The translations under genes were made by a program, and so were the position numbers. The notes under the pieces were generated by a model. The model made no database searches. It had not been told where the DNA came from and was given only the letters and a program-made list of their open reading frames with translations. This document shows, in pieces, positions 55,024-64,000 of a DNA stretch of 64,000 nucleotides (the stretch's first letter is position 1; every line of letters starts with the position of its first letter). This DNA is from Octopus vulgaris (Eukaryota): contig OX597840.1 in NCBI GenBank assembly GCA_951406725.2, positions 11,966,001-12,030,000 of the forward strand, written 5' to 3'.

Positions 55024-55670
55024 AGGCGGCAAGCTGGCAGAAATGTCAGCACACAGGGCAAAGTACTTAGCGGTATTACATCTGTCTTTACGTTCTGAGT
55101 TCAAATTCCGCCGAGGTTGACTTTGCCTTTCATCCTTTCAGCGTCGATAAATTAAGTACCAGTTATATACTGGGGTCGATCTAATTGACTGGCCCCCTAC
55201 CTAAAACTTTCAGCCTTGTGCCTAGAGTAGAAAAGAATATGTGTGAAAATAGATAAAGGCGGTGAGCTGGCAAAAATGTTAGCACACCAGGTGAAATGCA
55301 TAGCCATATTTCGTCTGCCACTACGTTCTGAGTTCAAATTCCGCCAAGGTCAACTTTACCTTTCATCCTTTTGGGGTCGATTAAATAAGTACCAACCACT
55401 GGTGTTGATATAATCGACTTAATCCATTTGTCTGTCCTTGTTTGTCCTCTCTGTGTTTAGCCCCTTGTGGGTAGTAAAGAAATTGGTATTTCGTCTGCCA
55501 TTACGTTCTGAGTTCAAATTCCGTCGAGGTTGACTTTGCCTTTCATCCTTTCGGGGTCGATAAATTAAGTACCAGTTATGCACTGGGGTCATGTAATCGA
55601 CTTAATCCCTCTGTCTGTCCTTGTTTGTCCCCTCTGTGTTTGGCCCCTTGTGGACAATAAAGAAATAAGG
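55024..55670 (+). mobile_element. SINE family B cluster (three bodies)
   Basis: Repeated family B sequence; GAAATAGAT target repeats. Confidence 0.85.
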
Positions 55671-56188
55671 AAATAGATCAACTGAAGATGAACAAAGAAC
55701 AAGCAGTTAAAAGTGTGGGAAATAACATAGAGAAAGGGGAGATTAGCTTAAAAAATTGAAATTTAGTAGCTAATAATCAAGATCTCTCCACTTTAATCTC
55801 ATCTGATTTATATTAACTTTGGCCTGGAGCAACTGGAACAGCCCACATAAAATATTGGTTTTAAATTATGGTACAATGCCAGCACTTTCAGGGGAGGGGC
55901 TGGGTCAATTACACCAATTCCAGTGCTCAGCTTGTATTTATTTTATTGACCCCGAAAGGATGAATGGCAAAGATGACCTCAGCAGAATCTGAACTCAGAA
56001 CATAAAAATGGATGAAATGCCACTAAGCATTTTCCGAGCTTGCGAACAATTCTTCATACTCGCCAACTTGCTCAAGAGAGCTACATTTGGAGAAACAGCA
56101 TCAGCAGATTTTCGCATCTTAACAGTTGATGAAACCACAGCATGCGTCAAGAAATATCTCATTTGGTACCTAGGGTTCTGAAGATTGC

Positions 56189-56418
56189 ACTAAAACATGC
56201 TAATATAATTTTATTTGAATAAACTGTGCCAAAATTATCTCTAAACAATTTCATTTTTACATTTTCATGAACATACAATGTGCAACATACTTTACAAATA
56301 TTTTTTTGCATGATAAAGCATGTGCACATTGTATGTTCGTGAAAATATAAAAATGAAATTGTTTCGAGATAATTTTGGCACAGTCTATTCAAATAAAATT
56401 ATATTAGCATGTTTTAGT
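56189..56418. repeat. Inverted repeat (~105-bp arms)
   Basis: ACTAAAACATGCTAATATAATTTT... / ...AAAATTATATTAGCATGTTTTAGT. Confidence 0.9.
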
Positions 56419-56506
56419 TTAGTCTTCTGATCTTCATCATGAATTGCATTGTAGCTTCAAGATTTTTATGATGTGATTGTTTATTTTTAGAATGCCATTG
56501 TGGGGT

Positions 56507-57490
56507 AATAATAATAATAATAATAATGAAATTATTGTATACCGTGCTCAGGTGCACCACAACTTGTCAGAAAGTGAGTATAAAGTACATGCAGTAATGT
56601 ACAAATGTCTGAAAAGCGAACAATGTATGAGTCAGATACATGCTTACATGTATGAGTCAGATACATGCTTACTTGTGTATGGAGGGGAGAAAATCAGGTG
56701 CAGTGTTGGCGAATCTCAGGAAGCATGGAAGTGTTGAAGGATGCAGTGCTCCGACAACTAACAACTGATGCCGGCAGCATGAAAAAAATGTTTCCGAAAG
56801 TCATGGGAGCTGTGCTGTTTTCTGACTTTGTAAACATGTCCACGGGTGTTAGACAGGTGGAGTTTGAAAAGGTGCTCAGAGTTATTGTTTGTAAGATGGT
56901 TAATAATTTTATGGGTGTCTGCCAAGTCAGCTGCCAGACGTCGGAGTTTCAATGTGTCCATGCCCAGGGAAGTAAGGCGTTCAGAATATGGCAAATGCCC
57001 GATGGAGGGTATTCTTTTGGTTGCATGTCGCTGAACGGCTTCCAGACGATTGATATCCTGGGCAAGATAGGGGTTCCAGACCGGTGATGCAAATTCCAGG
57101 TGAGGTCTTGCCATAGCCATATGAAGCTGCAGATAGATAGTCGGAGGGTGGCTCACAAAGGATTTGGTGAGTGATGCCAAGACACCCTCAGCCTTCTTGA
57201 CAATTTTAGCGATGTGTTTTGTCCAACGCAAATCACTGCCGACAATAACACCCAGGTCACGTTCACATGAAGACCTTTTGAGATTAGCGTTGTGGAGGAA
57301 GTAGGTGGACGCTGGGTTTCTCCTCCCAAAATGCATGGTGGTACACCTGTCCACAGCCAGCCTGAGTTGCCAGTCCATGATCCACTGCTGCACTGTATCC
57401 AGGTCTGCTTGCAATAGAGATCTATAGTGTACAGGATCTGACCTCTTTATTTCGAGGTACAGCCCGATGTCATCTGCATACCTCAGCAGG
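56507..57490 (-). mobile_element. CR1-group LINE 3' fragment
   Basis: LRYADD..LQADLD..ERDLGVIV..ARPHLEFASPVWNPY..LEAVQRHATKRIP, with (ATT)n tail. Confidence 0.92.
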
Positions 57491-58111
57491 TATGGGTATT
57501 GGTGGGGGTAGGGGTGAGAGGCCAGAGAGGGTTAGTTTGAGAATAAAACAGGTAGAATGTGTTGACTGGTCTAAATGCTAAAGGGTTAATGATTATGCAT
57601 TCATACTAATCAGAGTAATGTGTCTTCTTTTCAGCTCAACCTCGTAGCATTTATACTATTTATGGAACCCAGTTACATTGATGAATTCATACACACATGA
57701 AAAAACATGAAAACGCACTGTAAATTCCTGTGTGATTTGATGTAAGGGAGTGGGAAGTCCTGCTATTCAAGAGAACATGTATAGGAAGGGCTACTGAAAA
57801 GGTCCTGGCTTTAAGGGTGTGGAGAGGGCAGGCCGGTATGCATGAGCGACTGCTGGCCTTCCATAAACAACCTTGCCTGGACTTGTGCCTTGGAGGGTAA
57901 CTATCTAGATACAATCCCTTGGTCATTCATGACCAAAGAGGGTCTCCCAATACATTACTATTTGCTGATTAAATTAAACACAGCCGTGTATATTTTTATT
58001 ATCATTTAATGTCCATCTTCCATGCTGGTATAGGTTAGAAAGTTTGATCAGATCTAGAGGCCTGCATTCAGTTCCAGTGTCTGCTTTGATATGGTTGGAG
58101 GCCCAACCATA

Positions 58112-58327
58112 CTCTTTACTCTTTTACTTGTTTCAGTCATTTGACTGCGGCCATGCTGGAGCACCACCTGTAGTCGAGCAAATCGACCCCGGGACTTATT
58201 CTTTGTAAGCCCAGTACTTATTCTATCGGTCTCTTTTGCCGAACCGCTAAGTTACGCGGACGTAAAAACACCTAGCATTGTCAAGCAATGCTAGGGGGAC
58301 AAATACAAACACACAAACACACACACA

Positions 58328-58378
<51 letters not shown>

Positions 58379-58540
58379 GACAGGCTTCTTTCAGTTTCCG
58401 TCTACCAAATCCACTCACAAGGCATTGGTCGGCCCGGGGCTATAGCAGAAGACACTTGCCCAAGATGCCACGCAGTGGGACTGAACCCGGAACCATGTGG
58501 TTGGTTAGCAAGCTACTTACCACACAGCCACTCCTGCGCC
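58112..58540 (-). mobile_element. SINE family A
   Basis: Full-length copy. Confidence 0.9.
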
Positions 58541-58799
58541 AGAGTTTTTTTTTTTTTACAAGGAATAGAAAAACTGAAGGACAGTTGTAATAAGTGCATG
58601 AATCTGAGAGGGGAATAAGTTGAATAAAATCATAATTTACTGATCCTCCTGAATTTTCTTTTACTCAAAGCCAGAAGCTTTTCAGCACCTTCCCATATAC
58701 GGCTGATTGGATCAAAAAAGTCTGTTTTGGGATGATCAGCTTTGACTGATTTTCATACAAATGAGTTGCGGTAAACACATCTTTTATAAAAGAAATACA

Positions 58800-59281
58800 T
58801 TAACCCTTTCGTTACCGTATTTATTTTGAGATGCTCTGTGTTTCATTCAATTAATTTTAAATATAACAAAGAATTTAATAAAAGAACTTAGTTATCGTTA
58901 AGCTAGTGTTAAGAACATAAATTGTGACTAAGGTTTGGTGGAAGATTTTAATTCAGAACTTTTGACAAGACATTTGTACTACAGAACTAGAGGCTGTTTC
59001 AGCCGGGTTGGGATTGAAAGAGCTAAGAATTGTTTCTCTATTATATATTTTAACCCTTTTGTAACTATATTTCTGTTAAAAGATGCTCTGTGTTTCTTTT
59101 AATTAATTTTAAATATAACAAAGAATTTAATAAAATTACTTGGTTATCATTAAGCTAGTGCTGGGAACCTAAATTGTGACTAAGGTTTGGTGGAAGATTT
59201 TCTTTTAAAATTTATGAAAACAAGACATTTGTACTACAGAGCCAGAGGCGGTTTTGGCCATGTTGGTATCCAAAGGGTTAA
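58800..59281. mobile_element. Tandem pair of piggyBac-like MITE units (inverse orientation to 34770-35250)
   Basis: TTAACCCTTT..AAAGGGTTAA ends; same dimer and spacer in reverse complement. Confidence 0.8.
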
Positions 59282-59582
59282 GCAGTCTGACATTTTGATT
59301 GATAATCTGAAGGTTACAACGAATGGAAATCTATATTCCTTCAAAATTTAAGTAATTAGTCCACACAAAAGCCAGTCAGCTGCTCTGGCAATGATCACGC
59401 TCGGATGGTGCTCTTAGTGCTCCACTGCTACAGATGCCAGTCATCGAATTTGATTTCGAGAATACATGCCATTTAGAAACTAAAATATATATTTAAAGAT
59501 TGGTCTCTGCTTACATTTGGGGTGGGCATGGGGTGCTTCTACTAGATATCGTGTATTTTACTTTCATATTATTTGCCTCTAG

Positions 59583-59750
59583 TAAATGGTGGCTGGTCAC
59601 ATTGGTCTGAATGGAGCACATGCAGCAAAACCTGTGAAGGTGGGAAAATGTGGAGATTGAGGACATGTTCAAATCCTGTACCACGTTGTAATGGTATAAA
59701 GTGTGTCGGAAAATCTTTTGAAACTTCACTGTGCAACCAAAATGTTGAAT
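59583..59750 (+). CDS. SCO-spondin-like gene exon, TSP1 domain
   Basis: CTAG acceptor and T|GTAAGT donor, phase 1-1. VNGGWSHWSEWSTCSKTCEGGKMWRLRTCSNPVPRCNGIKCVG..LCNQNVEC. Confidence 0.96.
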
Positions 59751-59954
59751 GTAAGTATTTTATTTTGTTTGTTTTGTTTTTTTTGTTTTTTTTTTGTTTC
59801 TCATTTTAGAAATGCTTAAAGACACAACTAACCAAATAGTCGAAGCTGTCTACTGATTAGATAACAAATTTGGACTATCTGTTTATCAATAATCCATATT
59901 CACTTATTGTACTCTCAGCAATGGCCCAATTCATGTAGCATCCTTTTGGTATAT

Positions 59955-60269
59955 CATCATCATCATTGTTCAACCGTGGTCGAGACAATGGAATTTACCA
60001 TGCTACGCCAGACTTCACGGTCCATCATGGCATTACGGAGGTCCTGTTGCTGGATGCCTGTATCCCTGGAGATTACATCAGGGTAGGAGAGTGTGCGCCC
60101 TCTGGTATTGCGAGTAGATGGCTTCCAGAGGAGAAGAGTAGAAATTACCTCTTTTTCAGCTCTACAACAATGTCCAGCAAACTGGACCCTCCTACCTTTC
60201 ACAAGAGATGACACAGGTGGTAGTTTCCCATATATTTGCATTTTGGTTGGATGGCGCTTCCACGAGAGA
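59955..60269 (-). mobile_element. 5'-truncated RTE-X-like LINE end
   Basis: Near-identical to 21372-21690; 11-bp TSD TTTTGGTATAT. Confidence 0.9.
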
Positions 60270-60540
60270 TTTTGGTATATGATAACACTGTATAATACGA
60301 TTTTTGTCCTTGGCAGCAACTGTTATTTCCTATTTACTTACTTCTAGAAACTATGAAAAATGGCTAATATTTCCTTCAAACTTTGCTTTTGTTACATTTA
60401 TTCAAACCCCAAAGAACCCCTCTCAACACATGACTATCGTGCTCCCCCACTAGGCAACGATCATGTTCGGATGGTGCTCTTAGCGCTCCACTAGCATGGA
60501 TGCCAAGTCATCGAATTCAATTTCGATTTCACTTGCCTCA

Positions 60541-61178
60541 AGTCTTCGCAAGCAGAGGTCTTCGCAAGCAGAGGTCTTCGCAAGCAGAGGTCTTCACAAG
60601 CAGAAGTCTTCGCAAGCAGAGGTCTTCGCAAGCAGAGGTCTTTGCGAGAAGAGGTCTTCACAAGCAGAGATCTTCGCAAGCAGAGGTCTTCGCAACCAGC
60701 GGTCTTCGCAAGCAGAGGTCTTCGCAAGCAGAGGTCTTCGCAAGCAGAGGTCTTCACAAGCAGAAGTCTTCGCAAGCAGAGGTCTTCGCAAGCAGAGGTC
60801 TTCGCAAGAAGAGGTCTTCACAAGCAGAGATCTTCGCAAGCAGAGGTCTTCGCAACCAGCGATCTTCGCAAGCAGAGGTCTTCGCAAGAAAAGGTCTTCA
60901 CAAGCAGAGGTCTTCGCAAGCTGAGGTCTTCGCAACTAGCGGTCTTCGCAGGCAGAGGTCTTCACAAGCAGAGGTCTTCGCAACCAGCGGTCTTTGCAAG
61001 CAGAGGTCTTCGCAAGCAGAGGTCTTCACAAGCAGAGGTCTTCGCAAGCAGAGGTCTTCACAAGCAGAGGTCTTCGCAAGCAGCGGTGTTTGCAAGCAGA
61101 GGTCTTCACAAGCAGTGGTCTTTGCAACCAGAGGTCTTCGCAAGCAGCGGTCTTTGCAAGCAGAGGTCTTTGCAAGCA
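60541..61178. repeat. 15-bp minisatellite (GTCTTCGCAAGCAGAG-type, ~42 copies) derived from RTE 3' UTR
   Basis: Left flank 60468-60556 is the reverse complement of RTE UTR 46690-46778, which holds one CTGCTTGCGAAGACC. Confidence 0.93.
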
Positions 61179-61569
61179 TGTGTAATATTTTCATAGTAGA
61201 AAGAAAATGACTTTAAAATGATGATACTAATGTTGATGTTTATGACAACAGTGTAATGACAATTATCATTTTTCTAAGCCCATTGTTGGCTAAACCTGTC
61301 AGAAAAAAATAATGTTAAAGCATATCTTTTAATATCTTTTATTTATTTCAGTCATTAGACTGCGGCCATGCTGGGGCACCTCCTTGAAGAATCTTTGAGG
61401 AAATGAATCAACCCTTTTACTTTTATTTATTTATTTATTTATTAAACCTGGTATTTATTGCATCAGTCTCTTTAAACAAACCACTAAATTCCAGGGACAT
61501 AAACACACCAACACCAGTTATCAAGCAGTAGTTATCATACAGGCATAAAGGCACATACATACACACATG

Positions 61570-61638
<69 letters not shown>

Positions 61639-61639
<1 letters not shown>

Positions 61640-61945
61640 GAGGCGCAATGGCCCAGTGGTTAGGGCAGCGGACTCGTGGGCGTAGGATCGCGGTTTCGAT
61701 TCCCAGACCGGGCGTTGTGAGTGTTTATTGAGCGAAAACACCTAAAAGCTCCACAAGACTCCGGCAGGGGGTGGGGGATCCCTGCTGTACTCTTTCACCA
61801 CTCTTTCTCCCACCCTTTCTTCTGTTGGCCTGCTCGCTTAGCCTAGGGGTGGCGTCATTCGAAGGCTAAAACAATGCGAACGCATTGTGACCAGCGATGT
61901 GTAACTACATCTGATGGACTGGTTGGTCACGTGATCACGTGATCA
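61639..61945 (+). mobile_element. SINE family C
   Basis: Full tRNA-like head and body. Confidence 0.88.
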
Positions 61946-62070
61946 TGTGATATATATATACATAAAATGAGCTTCTTTTAGTTTCCATCCACCAAACCCA
62001 TTCACAAAGCTGGGAAGTAAGTTTCTTACCACACAGCTACACCTGCACATATTAGAATATTTTTATAATA

Positions 62071-62498
62071 GGCATAGGAGTGGCTGTGTGGTAAGTAGCT
62101 TGCTTACCAACCACATGGTTCCGGGTTCAGTCCCACTGTGTGGCACCTTGGGCAAGTGTCTTCTACTATAGCCTTGGGCCGACCAAAGCCTTGTGAGTAA
62201 TTTGGTAGACGGAAACTGAAAGAAGCCCATCGTATATATATATATATATATAAGGCTATTCTTTCTACTTAAAAGGGAGATCTCAGTAAAACCTGAGATC
62301 TCCCTTTTAAGTAGAAAGAATAGCCATAACTCTTTGACTGCTATTTCTAAACTCGGTGTGTGGTGAGGCAAATCGTTGCTAAACCCTTAATTACTTAGTA
62401 TTACTTAAACCTTCCTCAAATGGGGCTTTTCCATGCCGAAATCTACTTGGTGAAATTAATGATTATTCCAAATTAATTAATTTTACCCTATATTATTA

Positions 62499-62539
<41 letters not shown>

Positions 62540-62753
62540 GTGTGTATATATGTTTGTGTGTCTGTGCTTATCCCCCGACATCATTTGACAACCGATGCTG
62601 GTGTGTTTATGTCCCCATAACTTAATGGTTCAGCAAAAGAGACCAATATAATAAGTACTAGGCTTACAAAGAATAAGTCCTGGGGTCGATTTGCTCGACT
62701 AAAGGTGGTGCTCCAGCATGGCCACAGTCAAATGACTGAAACAAGTAAAAGAG
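62071..62753 (+). mobile_element. SINE family A interrupted by an insertion with a perfect 33-bp hairpin (62254-62325)
   Basis: SINE halves flank an insert in the (TA)n tract. Confidence 0.85.
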
Positions 62754-62981
62754 TATGATATTAGTGTTTCTATGTATGAGTCTTAAAAATAAATATTGCT
62801 ATAACTTGTTTGTTTTTTTTCTTATGTTTCTCATTTTAGAAATCGCTTAAAGACACAACTACCGAAATAGTGGAAGCTGTCTACTGATTAGATAACAAAT
62901 TTGGACTATCTGTTTATTAAGTTTTTTTTAAATCAAATTATTTACAATATTTACTGTTGTTTTTTGTCATTTTCTTTTTAG

Positions 62982-63131
62982 GTTGTGCGTTATCAGAATG
63001 GACACAATGGAGTGACTGTAGCAAGAGCTGCTCTCATGGAATTGAACAGAGAAGAAGAAAAGTCTCAAACACACACCATTGCAAAGGTCAAGAACTGGAG
63101 ACAAGATCATGTTTAGCACCACCATGTGATG
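62982..63131 (+). CDS. SCO-spondin-like gene exon, TSP1 domain (gene continues beyond window)
   Basis: TTTTTAG acceptor and G|GTGAAT donor, phase 1-1. CCALSEWTQWSDCSKSCSHGIEQRRRKV..CKGQELETRSCLAPPCD. Confidence 0.95.
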
Positions 63132-63365
63132 GTGAATACATTGCTTTTTACTCTTATTGGTGGAGGCACATGGCCTATTTGGATAGCAAACAATAAGCTT
63201 TACATGTTAAACTTTGGAAAAGTCTGGTATATTTATACTATTCTGCTTACAGATTTCATCTGTAAAGTGTGTGTTAGCTGGTTGCTTTCTTTGCTTGAAA
63301 ACTAGCTTTTCCATATTGTTACTTAAAAATTAAATAACATAACAATGTACACCAATATGTATAGT

Positions 63366-64000
63366 GGAGGTACATGGCCTAGTGGTTAGAGCAGCGGACT
63401 CGTGGTCGAGGGATCGTGGGTTCGAATCTCAGACCGGGTGATGTGTGTGTTTATGAGTGAAACAACTAAGCTCCCACACGGCTCCAGCAGAAGGTAATGG
63501 CAAACTTCTGCTGACTCTTTCGCCACAACTTTCTCTCACTCTTTCATCCTGCATCTTGCAGCTCACCTGCGACGGACGGGCTTCCTGTCCAGGTGGGGAA
63601 CCTATACACCAAGGAGAATGGGAAACCGGCCCTATGAGCCAGACGTGGCTCGAGAAGGAACAAACAACAACATATATATGTGTGTGTGTATGTGTGTGTG
63701 TGTGTGTGTGGAGGCACACGGCCTAATGGTTAGAGCAGTAGACTCACGGTCGACGGGTCGCGGGTTCGAATCTCAGACCAGGCGATGTGTGTGTTTTATG
63801 AGCGAAACACCTAAGCTCTATGCGGCTCCAGCAGAAGGTAATGGCAATTTGTTCTGACTCTTTCGTCACAACTTTCTCTCACTCTTTCCTCCTGCATCTA
63901 ACAGCTCACCTGCGACGAACCAGTGTCCCATCCAGGTGGGGAACCTATATGCCAAGGAAACCGGGAAACCGGCCCTATGAGCCAGGCATGGCTCGAGAAG
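63366..64000 (+). mobile_element. Two tandem SINE family C copies
   Basis: Heads at ~63366 and ~63710. Confidence 0.88.

Noticed and set aside
60491-61210. Repetitive ORFs up to 236 aa on both strands
   Set aside because: By-product of a 15-bp intronic minisatellite; no splice or start context.
62358-62400. Hammerhead-like TGGTGA-GGCAA-ATCG-TTGCT-AAAC (and similar at 15518, 16101, 56125)
   Set aside because: Too many core mismatches to call; at most decayed copies.

Overview
Eukaryotic, AT-rich, repeat-dense DNA. The SINE families and microsatellite load look like a coleoid cephalopod (Octopus-like) genome, which is my inference. Most long ORFs in the supplied track are microsatellite artefacts. 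Content: (1) a 5.3-kb (AATAT)n satellite with periodic AACATCACAT variants. (2) One clean minus-strand exon (6981-7118) resembling the RIH-associated region of an IP3-receptor/RyR-family channel, followed by a 100-N scaffold gap. (3) A plus-strand gene reconstructed from 12 phase-compatible GT-AG exons (~16.7-63.1 kb, incomplete at both ends). It encodes a SCO-spondin-like protein: an acidic low-complexity region, then VWC-like, TSP1, TSP1, TIL, VWC-like, TSP1, VWC-like, TSP1, TSP1. (4) Introns full of tRNA-derived SINEs, RTE/RTE-X/CR1/R4-like LINE fragments, an internally deleted mariner, and hAT/piggyBac/pogo-like MITEs. The most interesting signal is a set of minimal type I hammerhead ribozyme motifs of the Penelope-like-element kind, all with palindromic stem III. 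Their cores include canonical C3-G8 and the compensatory variants U3-A8 and G3-C8, and several lie in long fold-back inverted repeats inside introns. In the G3-C8 family the antisense copies have intact cores and both sense copies carry a core mutation. Three minisatellites traceable to LINE sequence and about nine intronic fold-back hairpins were also found. Coordinates were read by eye; repeat boundaries are approximate.
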